Shown: positions 19,031 through 29,414, counted from the stretch's first letter. The stretch is 64,000 nucleotides of DNA from Desulfuromusa sp. (GCA_016744675.1 JADGDX010000008.1:26821-90820), one strand, 5' to 3'. Notes: generated by a model from the sequence alone, not told the origin. Made by a program: numbers and translations.

Positions 19031-20857
19031 TTAATTCTTCAATGCGCTATAAATTTCATCTGCCAAACGAGCAGGCAGCCCTGGCATTTTCTGTATGTCC
19101 TCAAGAGATGCCGCTCGTATTTTTTTCAAACTTCCAAAATATTTCAATAAGGCTTTTCTTCGAGCTGGCCCGACACCGGGGATGTCTTCTAGAGACGAAC
19201 GCAATGTTGCCTTATTGCGAATTTTACGGTGATAAGTGATAGCAAATCGATGAGCTTCATCACGCAAACGCTCAAGCAGAAATAAAGCCGCCGAACCATG
19301 TCGAAAGCTGATCGGGTTTTTTCTACCGGGGAGAAAGAAACGTTCTTCACTCCGCTCGACAACTTTCCCATGGACATTTGCAAAAACCCGACTTTTGGCA
19401 ATACCAACAGCCCCAATTTTCCCTCCCAGTCCAAAATCATTAAGGACATGTGTCAAAACTCCAAGTTGTCCTTTTCCACCATCAATCAAAATCATCTGCG
19501 GAAGACAACCATCACTGATGCCGCGCTCCAAACGTCTATGCAAGACTTCACGCAGAGAGGCGTAATCATCTGCACCCTCAACCGTTTTAATCTTAAAGCG
19601 CCGATACTCAGCTTTAGCCGGCTCACCTTTGAGTAACACAACCATACTGCCAACCGATTGGTTTCCTTGAACATTTGAGATATCGTAACATTCAATTCGC
19701 TCGGGGAAACTGGGCACTTGAAACTTTGTCCGCAATTCATCCAGAACCTGTTCTCGAGCCTTTTGGCGCTGCCCGCGCTGACGATAGGATTCCACCGCAT
19801 TTTTTTGAGCCATCAAGCAGAGACGTTTCTTTTCTCCCCGTTGTGGAGTTGTCAAAAAAACTTTTTTGCCCCGCTTCTCACTCAGCCACTCTCCAAGAAG
19901 GTCGGCACTTTCCAAAGGAAAAGGAAGCAATAACTGATCAGGAAGAATGACTTGCCCCGAGTAATATTCCTGGAGGAATGCACTGAGCAACTCGGTTAGA
20001 TCAAGCTTCCATTCCAAAGGGTAACTCCGCCGCCCAATCAATCGACCCTGTCGAACAAAGAGGATTGTGACCTCGACCTCCCCTCCATCCTGGTGCAAAC
20101 CAATCACATCCTGATTACCACCGCCATATTCGGTTACTTTTTGCCTTTCAACACTTCTTTCAATCGATAAAATCTGATCCCGTAGTCGAGCTGCTTCCTC
20201 AAAGAGCATTCCCTCTGAAGCCTCGGTCATCCGTTGCTGAAGTCGCTCAACAACTTCGGATTCCCGCCCTTCAAGCAACTGAATCACCCCATCGACTAGT
20301 TTTCTGTAATCGGGCTGACTAATCTTGCCATGGCAAGGAGCACTGCATTGTCCTATCTGATGAAAGAGACAGGGTCTTCCCCGCTTACTGCAGCGTTCGA
20401 TTGAAGAATGGCGCAGTGGAAAAATTCGATAGATTTCTTTCAGAGTTTCACGGATTGCAGATGCAGAGGAATAGGGACCAAAATAGTGAGCGCCATCATT
20501 CTTAACTTGTCTCACCACTTGCATCAGAGGAAAAGGATCATTGAGGTCGATCCGCACTGAAACGTAGGTTTTATCGTCCCGAAGATCTATATTGTAGTGG
20601 GGACGGTGTTTCTTTATCAGGGTATTTTCGAGCAGTAAGGCTTCTTTTTCCGTATCAGTAATGATGGTCTCTATGCGCTGCACCTTTTCCATCAAAAGAG
20701 GGATGTGAAGCCGACCATCACCCCCTGCTGAAAAGTAGCTACGCAATCGATGACGTAATAATTTGGCTTTTCCGACGTAAAGAACTTCGTCATTTTCACC
20801 AAACATCTGGTAGACCCCAGGTGCCAGAGGGTATTTTTTTAAATCAATATCAATCAT
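19031..20857 (-). CDS. uvrC: Excinuclease ABC subunit C
   Basis: 608 aa. GIY-YIG N-terminus (PGVYQMFGENDEVLYVGKA), UVR domain and C-terminal HhH motifs. Confidence 0.95.
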   Translation of the reverse strand: MIDIDLKKYPLAPGVYQMFGENDEVLYVGKAKLLRHRLRSYFSAGGDGRLHIPLLMEKVQRIETIITDTEKEALLLENTLIKKHRPHYNIDLRDDKTYVSVRIDLNDPFPLMQVVRQVKNDGAHYFGPYSSASAIRETLKEIYRIFPLRHSSIERCSKRGRPCLFHQIGQCSAPCHGKISQPDYRKLVDGVIQLLEGRESEVVERLQQRMTEASEGMLFEEAARLRDQILSIERSVERQKVTEYGGGNQDVIGLHQDGGEVEVTILFVRQGRLIGRRSYPLEWKLDLTELLSAFLQEYYSGQVILPDQLLLPFPLESADLLGEWLSEKRGKKVFLTTPQRGEKKRLCLMAQKNAVESYRQRGQRQKAREQVLDELRTKFQVPSFPERIECYDISNVQGNQSVGSMVVLLKGEPAKAEYRRFKIKTVEGADDYASLREVLHRRLERGISDGCLPQMILIDGGKGQLGVLTHVLNDFGLGGKIGAVGIAKSRVFANVHGKVVERSEERFFLPGRKNPISFRHGSAALFLLERLRDEAHRFAITYHRKIRNKATLRSSLEDIPGVGPARRKALLKYFGSLKKIRAASLEDIQKMPGLPARLADEIYSALKN

Positions 20858-21075
20858 CGCTACAGCATAATAAAGAATCGAAGTTGAATAAAGTGCTGTT
20901 TGTCTTTCACTGTTTTTATCTGGTACTCACTGAAGTTATTGGTATAATACCAGCTTATTACTGGCAGGCTGGAATATTCTTCGCAGGAAGAGAGGTTGAC
21001 GACTTTCTCGGTTCATATGGGAGAAGTCTCGACCATCACACACCCTGCCAAAACAATTTCCCAAAAGGTAAAATA

Positions 21076-21606
21076 GTGAATCCATTTTGGAGTAACATTT
21101 TCCGTGGTGACGGGCACAAACAAACCCTGCCCTACTTCCTCGGAACTTTGCCGATGTTCAAAAAATTGGACGACCGGGAACTAGCATTTCTCGAAAACAT
21201 TGTCCATGTCCGAAACTACGGAACCGATGAGGTTGTCTTCGGGGAAGGAGATGTCGGGTCTGGTATGTATTGTATCCGCACCGGACAAGTCCAAATTTAC
21301 AAACTTGACGAACATGGGAATGAAATTGAGCAAGCGGTCCTGGAAGCAGGAGACTTTTTCGGTGAAATTGCTTTAACAGCATCACGCCCCCGCTGTGCTG
21401 CAGCTCGGACGACAGAGCCGACCGTTCTGATCGGTTTATTCCGCTCTGACATGATAGAAGCGGTTCGTCGCCATCCCGTTCCTTCGTCAAAAATCATGTT
21501 AGGACTAAACCGCGTCATCAGTGATCGACTGCTGCAATGCAACCTGCAGATGGAAGTTTTAAAAAAACAGTTGGCGGCACTACAGAAAAAACAGTCCGAT
21601 GAATAG
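21076..21606 (+). CDS. Cyclic-nucleotide-binding domain protein (start uncertain)
   Basis: cNMP-binding beta-roll with GDFFGEIAL...RCAAART. The track ORF start at 20821 overlaps uvrC, so I chose the in-frame GTG at 21076; the Met further in (MFKKLDD...) is an alternative. Confidence 0.7.
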   Translation: MNPFWSNIFRGDGHKQTLPYFLGTLPMFKKLDDRELAFLENIVHVRNYGTDEVVFGEGDVGSGMYCIRTGQVQIYKLDEHGNEIEQAVLEAGDFFGEIALTASRPRCAAARTTEPTVLIGLFRSDMIEAVRRHPVPSSKIMLGLNRVISDRLLQCNLQMEVLKKQLAALQKKQSDE

Positions 21607-22729
21607 TTCTAGCGGCATGAGTCGTGCGCAAGTCGCCGTCCTATATCTTGTTTTGACGACTGCTATTGCATCTGGAATCGTCATCTATTCCTCTGCGTCA
21701 ACGGTGACCGCACTTTTTAAAACAGCAACCACCGGTCTTTTTCTCCCCCTGCTACTTTCTTTAATTGTGTCATTCCTTCTTGACCCTGCGGTTCAATTCT
21801 TTGAAGGACAGAAGATCAACCGGACGTTAAGCATCTTTATTGTCTATATCCTGATGTTCTCACTTTTCTTCTTATTCTTACTGATTGTCGGTCCCCCCAA
21901 CTGGGAAGGGATGATCAATGCTTTAAAAGCTGACTTCCCCCGCTATATCAGTCGAGCGATAGAATGGTTGAGTGGGCTATTGGCCGTGGCGCAACAGCAC
22001 TTTCCCTTTATCACAAACTATGACCTTTCTGAGCGCCTAAGGGCAACGTCACAAACATTTTTCGGCGTAGTTTTGATGCAAACCCCACGCTCAGCAATCA
22101 AGATCGGGAGCCTTCTCCTACTGGTTCCCCTCTTTTCATTCTTTTTTCTCCGCGACAGTCGCCGCATCATGCGGAGCTTGATTTCCTTAACCCCCAATCG
22201 ATATTTTGAGATGGTTCTGGATATTTATGCTCACGTCAGTTGGCAATTATCCCACTTTATCCGAGGAAGAATCCTCGAAGCATTGATCATCGGCATCGTC
22301 GTTTGGATTGGATTATCCCTCACGGATATTCGGTATGCTCCAATTCTGGCGGTTATTGCTGGAGCGACAAACCTGGTCCCTTACATCGGTCCGCTGATCG
22401 GCATGATCCCCGGGCTAGTTATTGCATTGGTCGACTTAGGGATGGGGGGGCAATTCTGGTGGATTCTTTGTGTCTATGTTCTCATTGCTCAGATTATTCT
22501 CGACAATTTCATCCTCATTCCAATTCTCATCTCCAAAGTTTCTAACCTCCACCCTCTGTGGGTCATACTCGCAATTATTATGGGGGGGAAACTTTACGGA
22601 GTCATGGGAATGATTATTGGTGTTCCGATTGCCAGTATCATCAATATTATTTTCATCGAAATCCACCAATATCGCAGAAGTTTTAATCTTTATAATCGCT
22701 ATTTCACTAACCGTGGAAAACTGTTGTGA
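21599..22729 (+). CDS. AI-2E family transporter (PerM/UPF0118)
   Basis: 376 aa, polytopic. Characteristic NLVPYIGPLIGMIPG segment. Confidence 0.85.
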   Translation: MNSSSGMSRAQVAVLYLVLTTAIASGIVIYSSASTVTALFKTATTGLFLPLLLSLIVSFLLDPAVQFFEGQKINRTLSIFIVYILMFSLFFLFLLIVGPPNWEGMINALKADFPRYISRAIEWLSGLLAVAQQHFPFITNYDLSERLRATSQTFFGVVLMQTPRSAIKIGSLLLLVPLFSFFFLRDSRRIMRSLISLTPNRYFEMVLDIYAHVSWQLSHFIRGRILEALIIGIVVWIGLSLTDIRYAPILAVIAGATNLVPYIGPLIGMIPGLVIALVDLGMGGQFWWILCVYVLIAQIILDNFILIPILISKVSNLHPLWVILAIIMGGKLYGVMGMIIGVPIASIINIIFIEIHQYRRSFNLYNRYFTNRGKLL

Positions 22730-22746
22730 CAACCTCCAACTAAAAA

Positions 22747-22777
22747 AGGCAGGGGCGTGATGATCACGCCCCTGCCT
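22747..22777. terminator. Strong hairpin between convergent AI-2E (+) and LysE-family (-) genes
   Basis: 14-bp perfect stem aggcaggggcgtga/tcacgcccctgcct. The T-run is on the minus-strand side. Confidence 0.75.
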
Positions 22778-22805
22778 CAAATAAAAACAGATCAAAACAT
22801 CTTTT

Positions 22806-23444
22806 TCATGTTCGCCTTTCAAGAAAAATCCGAACTCCAAAAGACACCAAAACAACCCCGGTCACGCCTTCAAGCAAACGCCCCAAAACACCACCACTGA
22901 ACCAACCCTTAACACGACAAACCAGAAGAGTTAACACTCCCTGATAAATCATCGCTATCGCAAAATGGACCGCAGCCATAAATAAAGATTGGAGAAGCGG
23001 TGACCTGTTCGGATCGATAAACTGGGGCAAAAAAGCCATGTAAAAAAACAAAGCCTTAGGGTTAAAAACGTTACAGATAAACCCCTCACGTAAAGAGCGA
23101 GACAAGTGAAAACAGCGGCCAGAAGATGTGGGCAGATCATATACGACAGGGGAATGGCCGCGAACCGATTGCCAAAGACTACAGCCCCCCAACCACAACA
23201 GATACCCTCCACCAATCAACTTGAGTGCGTTAAAAGCAACCGCAGATTGAAGCATTAACGCAGAAATTCCAAATGCAGAAATCAAAGCATGGACAAACAA
23301 ACCAAGGCAGATTCCAGTGCTGGTCGACACGCCATCTTTCCACCCACCCCGTGAGGAGTTTTTGACAACCAACAGCGAATCGACTCCCGGAAAAAACGTG
23401 AGCAGAGTTATCGCAATAAAAAATGTCCAGAATTGATCAATCAT
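22806..23444 (-). CDS. LysE/RhtB family amino-acid exporter
   Basis: 212 aa with six predicted TM segments. The N-terminal pattern FFIAITLLTFFPGVDSLLVV is typical of LysE translocators. Confidence 0.85.
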   Translation of the reverse strand: MIDQFWTFFIAITLLTFFPGVDSLLVVKNSSRGGWKDGVSTSTGICLGLFVHALISAFGISALMLQSAVAFNALKLIGGGYLLWLGGCSLWQSVRGHSPVVYDLPTSSGRCFHLSRSLREGFICNVFNPKALFFYMAFLPQFIDPNRSPLLQSLFMAAVHFAIAMIYQGVLTLLVCRVKGWFSGGVLGRLLEGVTGVVLVSFGVRIFLERRT

Positions 23445-23518
23445 AACGGTTCGATATCAACCTACGTTAGAGTGTTAACAAATAAAAGAAGCGAAGATTT
23501 TCTTAAAAAAACGAGACA

Positions 23519-24331
23519 TTACGCACTACCAAGCTCACGAGACCGAGCAGCAGAGGTCGCAACCGCTTCCATCAAAGTTGTCCGCAAACCATTCTTTTCC
23601 AAAGTACTGACGCCAGCAATGGCAGTCCCCCCCGGAGAACAGACTTGATCACGCAGTATTGCAGGGTGTTCGCCAGTTTCACGAACCATTAATGCAGCAC
23701 CAACGACGGTTTGTACGGCTAAAGCATGAGCGATATCGCGGCGTAGCCCTTCACGCACTCCACCATCGGCCAGAGCCTCAATAACAGTATAGATATAAGC
23801 CGGGCCAGAGCCGGACAGGCCAGTTGCAGCATCCATTTGACGTTCATCAATCAATTGAACAAGGCCAACAGATTCCAGCAATTGCTTAACCACATTCAAG
23901 TCTTCTTGACTGGAATACCGACCTCGACAAATGGTGCTAGCACCCTCTCCAACCAATGCTGGAGTGTTTGGCATAACCCGCACAACTCGCGGATCACCCT
24001 GGAAATATTTCTCTATCGATGCCGAGGGCACACCCGCCAGAATGGAAACAATCAGCTTCTCATTGCGGTAAGCACCAGCGACCTCTTCCAAAACCTCACC
24101 AACAATCTGCGGCTTAATCGACAAAACAATAATGTCACAATCCTCCATTAAGGCGAAATTGCTGTCGGCTAATTCAATATTGAACTCCTCAACGAGATGT
24201 TGCCGGCGCAAGTCACTTGGTTCCGAGGCCATAATCCTGTCAGCAGGAAAAGATCCGGCCAGAAGACCCTTAATTAAGGCTTCAGCCATATTGCCACCAC
24301 CGATAAAACCAATTTTTTGAGCATTCGTCAT
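23519..24331 (-). CDS. proC: Pyrroline-5-carboxylate reductase
   Basis: 270 aa. IGFIGGGNMAEAL Rossmann motif and C-terminal VCSPGGTAIAG motif. Confidence 0.95.
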   Translation of the reverse strand: MTNAQKIGFIGGGNMAEALIKGLLAGSFPADRIMASEPSDLRRQHLVEEFNIELADSNFALMEDCDIIVLSIKPQIVGEVLEEVAGAYRNEKLIVSILAGVPSASIEKYFQGDPRVVRVMPNTPALVGEGASTICRGRYSSQEDLNVVKQLLESVGLVQLIDERQMDAATGLSGSGPAYIYTVIEALADGGVREGLRRDIAHALAVQTVVGAALMVRETGEHPAILRDQVCSPGGTAIAGVSTLEKNGLRTTLMEAVATSAARSRELGSA

Positions 24332-24499
24332 GAGAAACCCCTTTTTTCTTTATGAAGCAATCCAGTTATAATGATCTTAGAAAAAATGATATACGAAACT
24401 ATCAAGCTTGATTTGTTTAGCACAGCGGGGTAAAAATTTCACCAGCAGAAGGTGAAATGGCTAAGATTTACAACATATCAGGACAGATGAGGGATGATC

Positions 24500-25345
24500 A
24501 TGGATCTCTGGTACACAGAAAAGCATAGTGACAATGCCGGCATAACGATGAAAACCACCCAAACCCTCTTCTCAGGGAAAAGCAAGTATCAGCAACTTGA
24601 TATTGTTGAAACACTCGAGTTTGGTCGAATGATGCTCCTTGACGGGTTAGTCATGGTCACTGAACGAGACGAGTTCATTTATCACGATATGATCGTTCAT
24701 CCAGCTTTATTTACTCACCCCAACCCAAAAAAAGTTTTGGTTATCGGAGGCGGAGACGGGGGTACAATTCGAGAAATCATGAAGCACGAGCGGGTAGAGC
24801 ATGCGGTTCTGTGTGAAATTGATAGCCTTGTAATAGAAAAATCGATCGATCTTCTTCCATCAATGGCTTGTGAAATTGATGGGAATAATCCCCGAGTCAC
24901 ATTACATGTCGATGATGGTTTGGCCTATATTCGGGAGCATCAGAATGAATTTGACATTATTCTCGTCGATTCGACTGACCCGATTGGCCCAGCCGTCGGT
25001 CTTTTTGAGGAAAACTTTTATCAACTTGTTTTCTCTGCATTAAAAGATGATGGGATCATGATTGCACAAAGTGAATCGCCCTTTTATCATGCAGAAATTC
25101 AGAAAAGCATGTATCGAAATTTACGCGCGGTATTTCCCATTGTAGAAATGTATCAAGCCTTTATTCCAACTTATCCAAGTGGTTTTTGGAGTTTTGCCTT
25201 TGCCAGTAAAACATACCACCCCATCCGCGATTTCGACCAAAACCGTGCTGCCAGTCGGAAATTCCATACCAGATATTATAATGAAGATCTTCATCGGGGA
25301 GCGTTTATGTTACCAACTTTTGCCCGCGAAAATATTGCCGAATGA
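24500..25345 (+). CDS. speE: Spermidine synthase (alternative start at 24494)
   Basis: N-terminus MDLWYTEKH. Motifs VLVIGGGDGGTIRE and DVIIVDSTDP-like (DIILVDSTDPIGPA). Confidence 0.93.
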   Translation: MDLWYTEKHSDNAGITMKTTQTLFSGKSKYQQLDIVETLEFGRMMLLDGLVMVTERDEFIYHDMIVHPALFTHPNPKKVLVIGGGDGGTIREIMKHERVEHAVLCEIDSLVIEKSIDLLPSMACEIDGNNPRVTLHVDDGLAYIREHQNEFDIILVDSTDPIGPAVGLFEENFYQLVFSALKDDGIMIAQSESPFYHAEIQKSMYRNLRAVFPIVEMYQAFIPTYPSGFWSFAFASKTYHPIRDFDQNRAASRKFHTRYYNEDLHRGAFMLPTFARENIAE

Positions 25346-27267
25346 CATCTCAAGCAAAGAATAACTGGTCGATTAATGATTCTATAGACCTCTATGGAAT
25401 CAAGAAATGGGGGCAGGGAAACTTTTCTGTTTCTGATACAGGTGATGCGACAATTACAATTCCCTTCCCCGAAGGAAATGTCTCTGTTCCACTGATAGAC
25501 ATCGTCAACGGAGCACGGGGTCGCGATTATGCATTACCTCTATTGCTCAGAGTTGAAAACTTTCTTGATGCACAGATCACTCTGATCAATGAAACATTCC
25601 GCCAAGCGATAAAAACAGCTGATTATCACGGGAGCTACACAGGCGTTTTCCCCGTCAAAGTGAATCAGCAGTGTGCCGTTATTGAAGAAATCTCTCGTTT
25701 CGGGGTAAAGTATGGACATGGCCTTGAAGCAGGAAGCAAGGCAGAACTGCTTCTTTGTCTAGCCAATTTACACACCAATGGTCTTCTGATTTGCAATGGG
25801 TACAAAGATCAAGACTATATCGATCTCGGCTTGTGGGCAACAAAGCTAGGATATCGCTGTTTTTTTGTCATTGAATCTCCATCAGAACTCCCGCTGATCA
25901 TAGAACGAAGTCGATTACTCAAGATCAAGCCTTTGATCGGTCTGCGGATTAAAATTTCGGCACAAGTCAGTGGCCTCTGGACGGAAACAAGTGGAGACCG
26001 TAGCAGTTTTGGTCTCAGCACCGCTCAGCTCATCGCAATAATCGATCAGCTCCGAGATCAAAAAATGATCGACTCCCTGCAGCTACTGCATTGTCACCTG
26101 GGATCTCAAATTCCAGATATTAACGAGATCAAAGTTGGAGTTCGTGAAGCCAGCCGTTTCTACGCAGACTTAGCTGACGAGGGGATTCCTCTCAAATACC
26201 TTGATCTGGGAGGTGGGCTTGCTGTCGACTATATCGGCAATCAGTCAGATCACAGTCAATCCTGCAACTATAATTTAAGTGATTATTGCGAAGCCTTAGT
26301 GACCACGATCAAAGAGACTCTCGCACCACAGGGCATTGAACACCCAACCATCATGACAGAATCTGGGCGTTTCACCGTAGCCCACACCTCGATTCTCCTT
26401 TTTGATGTCCTTGATGTTATGCGCTATGAGCCAATTTCTATCCCGGAGACGCTTCCTCAAAACCTTCACCCTCTCGTAGAGAAACAATATCAACTGTTTC
26501 GGCAGATAAAGGAAACTGAATTTACAAACGTTTATCCTCTCGCCATCGACACACGGGACCAAATTAGAGAACTTTTCAGGCTTGGAACGATAAGCACTCG
26601 CGAGCGAGCACTTGCTGAAAATCTTTTTCTCGGCATTGCAAAAAAATTGATATCAATTCTCGACGGACAAAAGGACGTTCCGCTTTCGGTACTTAAACTA
26701 AAGCAGAACTTTGCTGATATCTATTATGGAAACTTCAGTGTTTTTCAATCACTCCCTGACACTTGGGCGATTGGACAGGTATTTCCAGTGATGCCGATTC
26801 ATCGGCTTGACGAATATCCAGAACGAAACGCCAGCATCTCAGACCTCACATGTGATTGTGATGGCAAACTTGACCACTTTATTCTCTCAGGAGGTGAAAG
26901 CAGCACTCTTCCTTTGCACCCCTTTAAAGAGCAAGAGAATTATATTCTTGGGGTCTTTCTGATGGGAGCCTACCAGGAAACTCTTGGCGATCTGCACAAC
27001 CTGTTTGGCGATACCAATGTTATCAGTGTTAGGATTAATAGTGACGCAAGTTTTGATGTCATTAAAGAACAGTCAGGCGACACGATCTCTGAAGTTTTGC
27101 AGATGTTGGAATATAATCCATCCTCTTTTTTTAACGATTTTCGTGACAAAATTGAAGGTGCTGTAAAAAATCAGAAAATCACGATCAACGACCGTCAGAA
27201 AATTTTAAATCTATTTTCTGAACGGCTCAATGACCAGACCTATTTCAATAAAGCTCAGGAGATATAA
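25342..27267 (+). CDS. speA: Biosynthetic arginine decarboxylase
   Basis: 641 aa. N-terminus W..S..LYGI..WG..YF, a PLP-enzyme fold, and length typical of SpeA. ATGA overlap with speE. Confidence 0.92.
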   Translation: MTSQAKNNWSINDSIDLYGIKKWGQGNFSVSDTGDATITIPFPEGNVSVPLIDIVNGARGRDYALPLLLRVENFLDAQITLINETFRQAIKTADYHGSYTGVFPVKVNQQCAVIEEISRFGVKYGHGLEAGSKAELLLCLANLHTNGLLICNGYKDQDYIDLGLWATKLGYRCFFVIESPSELPLIIERSRLLKIKPLIGLRIKISAQVSGLWTETSGDRSSFGLSTAQLIAIIDQLRDQKMIDSLQLLHCHLGSQIPDINEIKVGVREASRFYADLADEGIPLKYLDLGGGLAVDYIGNQSDHSQSCNYNLSDYCEALVTTIKETLAPQGIEHPTIMTESGRFTVAHTSILLFDVLDVMRYEPISIPETLPQNLHPLVEKQYQLFRQIKETEFTNVYPLAIDTRDQIRELFRLGTISTRERALAENLFLGIAKKLISILDGQKDVPLSVLKLKQNFADIYYGNFSVFQSLPDTWAIGQVFPVMPIHRLDEYPERNASISDLTCDCDGKLDHFILSGGESSTLPLHPFKEQENYILGVFLMGAYQETLGDLHNLFGDTNVISVRINSDASFDVIKEQSGDTISEVLQMLEYNPSSFFNDFRDKIEGAVKNQKITINDRQKILNLFSERLNDQTYFNKAQEI

Positions 27268-27268
27268 A

Positions 27269-27589
27269 ATGACAATTGAGGAACTTTCCAGATTTGATGG
27301 ACGTGAAGGTCGAGCGGCCTATGTCGCAGTTAACCACATAGTTTACGATCTCACTTCCAGCCCACGCTGGAAGGATGGACAACATGAAGGGGCACATCAG
27401 GCAGGGTGCGATCTCACCGAAGAGTTAAAATCTGCTCCGCACGTTAAAACTGTCATTGAGCAATTTCCAATTGTAGGAAAAATTGAAAAACGGGGAACAA
27501 AAAAAAAGGAAGCTAGCGGGATATCACTGCTATCAATCATCATTATTGCTTTTGTGGTGCTATTGATGCTTGCAACATATATGGTTTAG
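27269..27589 (+). CDS. Cytochrome b5-like heme/steroid-binding domain protein with a C-terminal membrane anchor
   Basis: Starts MTIEELSRFDGREGRAAYVAVNHIVYDLT..W..G.H, ends in the hydrophobic tail LLSIIIIAFVVLLMLATYMV. aggag RBS. The start lies 1 nt after the speA stop. Confidence 0.75.
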   Translation: MTIEELSRFDGREGRAAYVAVNHIVYDLTSSPRWKDGQHEGAHQAGCDLTEELKSAPHVKTVIEQFPIVGKIEKRGTKKKEASGISLLSIIIIAFVVLLMLATYMV

Positions 27590-27608
27590 GACACAATCCG
27601 TTTTCTGC

Positions 27609-28013
27609 TTAACCCGCAGAAAGTATTTCTTCGATCACGCGAGGCAAGCATTCACAAACGGTTGTCTTAGCTTGCACAGCGCGAATATTCGTCTTTTCCA
27701 TCCCCTCTTCTTGCATTGTTAACATATGCCCAGAACAGAGGATAATGGGAGTATCCGGAGAAATACAAAATATTTCTTGCGCCAACTCCAACCCATTCAT
27801 TTTCGGCATCGTGACATCTGTGATGACGATATCAAAGCAAGGTTCTTTTTGTCGAAATAGCGTCAGAGCCTCTTCGCCATCGAAAGCACACGTGACTCGA
27901 TAACCAAAATCACCCAACAGATCCGCCCCGAGCAAGGCAAGACTTTCTTCATCGTCGACAAAAAGAATCTCTTTGATCACCTGAGAACATCGCTCGTCAG
28001 ACATATTAATCAC
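27609..28013 (-). CDS. Single-domain response regulator (REC only)
   Basis: 134 aa. Acidic pocket VDDEES, phospho-acceptor context DIVITDVTMPKMNG, and the conserved Lys region. Confidence 0.85.
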   Translation of the reverse strand: MINMSDERCSQVIKEILFVDDEESLALLGADLLGDFGYRVTCAFDGEEALTLFRQKEPCFDIVITDVTMPKMNGLELAQEIFCISPDTPIILCSGHMLTMQEEGMEKTNIRAVQAKTTVCECLPRVIEEILSAG

Positions 28014-28066
28014 CTAATCCGATTCAGTCTGTTTCAACAATACCCGGATATCACATTTGAAATGGA

Positions 28067-28891
28067 TCAAGAAGAAAATTCCGGTATCAGTACCAGCACA
28101 ACCCCTTGTATCTGGTTATCATGCAAACGCCTAACCTCACCTCGGAACCTTTGATGATTCACCTCAATAGAGGCACACGGCAATCGTTCAGTTTTAAGTC
28201 GGTCAATCAATTCATTGAGCTCAGAACTTAACACATCCGTTCGACCACTCCCAAGAGGACCAATCCCACCATGGGGAAACAAATCACGGGCGTACTCATT
28301 ACATTGAACTATCATCTCTTCCGGATCAATTCCAATAACAACAACCGGCAAAACATCCAGGACCCCCTGCGAAACTTGTAGGATTCGATTCCTAATATCT
28401 AACGCTTCTGTCCGTTTTATAACCTGGTCTTCCAGATTTTTGTTAACTTCCTGCAATTCAGAATTTTTCTTCTGTAGTTGATCATTCAGTTTTCGATTTT
28501 CCCACTGTAATGCTTGATAGTCTAACGCTAATGAAACGGCCGATATCAATTCTTCATCATCCCATGACTTGGGGATAACTTTATAGATCTGACCTAAATG
28601 GATCGCCTCAACAACCGCAGCAGTATCCGCATAATTCGACAAGAGAATCCGCATCGTTTCCGACCACTTATCACAAACCTGACGTAAAAAATCGACTCCT
28701 GTCATATCCGGCATCCGGTCATCGGAAATAACTATACGTACATCACCCTCATTTTCAAGAATCTCTAAACCTTTAGTCCCAGATTCAGTGACAAAAACTA
28801 TATATTTTTCTTTATCTACAAACAAACCACTGAGAGACTTCAGAATGCTTCTTTTGTTATCGACACAGAGTATTTTTATCATACCTGACAT
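28067..28891 (-). CDS. Response regulator: REC plus coiled coil plus PAS-like C-terminal domain, with no DNA-binding output
   Basis: 274 aa. REC with RIVISDDRMPDMTG, coiled segment (NRKLNDQLQKKNSELQEVNKNLEDQ), and a C-terminal ~100 aa PAS-like region. Confidence 0.75.
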   Translation of the reverse strand: MSGMIKILCVDNKRSILKSLSGLFVDKEKYIVFVTESGTKGLEILENEGDVRIVISDDRMPDMTGVDFLRQVCDKWSETMRILLSNYADTAAVVEAIHLGQIYKVIPKSWDDEELISAVSLALDYQALQWENRKLNDQLQKKNSELQEVNKNLEDQVIKRTEALDIRNRILQVSQGVLDVLPVVVIGIDPEEMIVQCNEYARDLFPHGGIGPLGSGRTDVLSSELNELIDRLKTERLPCASIEVNHQRFRGEVRRLHDNQIQGVVLVLIPEFSS

Positions 28892-29144
28892 TTAGCTATT
28901 CCTATTGAGATCTAAAGTCCCTCGCTTGTAAACGAGAATCCCTTATGCGTTAAATCATACGTAGCCTTAGCCACGGACTATTAAGAAAAGACACATTAGC
29001 ATATATTTTTATTAGTAAACAGCAATTTCCTCCTAAAATCATACAAAACAAGATTAATGCTTGCTATATTGGACAAGAATTAATAAACTCAAACATAGAA
29101 CAAGTATTTCACCTACACATATCAGTGGTCTGGAGGCTGATTCC

Positions 29145-29414
29145 ATGGCAAGAATGGTAGAAAACCCTGATCTCGCGTTTCGCCTGGCCCGTGCAATTGT
29201 ATCCGACATTGCCCTCTATAATCAGGACAAAGTTTCAGAGGGGATCAAGAGTGACAGTATTTTTGAATTACTCGATGAAGAGCTAGAAGAAGGGCGTGAA
29301 CACTTTTTTACGCGCGTGTCTCCCGAAATGAAAAATCGCGATCACCTCTACGAGCGAGCAATTGTCGACATTATGATCAAACAAGCAGGAAAGATCGAAA
29401 GTCAGATCTGGTAA
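29145..29414 (+). CDS. Small conserved-looking hypothetical protein (89 aa)
   Basis: ATG at 29145 lies 8 nt after ggagg. Acidic, helical sequence. The stop abuts the rluD start, which suggests co-transcription. Confidence 0.55.
   Translation: MARMVENPDLAFRLARAIVSDIALYNQDKVSEGIKSDSIFELLDEELEEGREHFFTRVSPEMKNRDHLYERAIVDIMIKQAGKIESQIW

Noticed and set aside
20821-21075. Long N-terminal extension of the cNMP-binding protein ORF
   Set aside because: It overlaps the uvrC start region on the opposite strand and is hydrophobic nonsense upstream of the recognisable domain. A later in-frame start is preferred, though the exact start remains uncertain.
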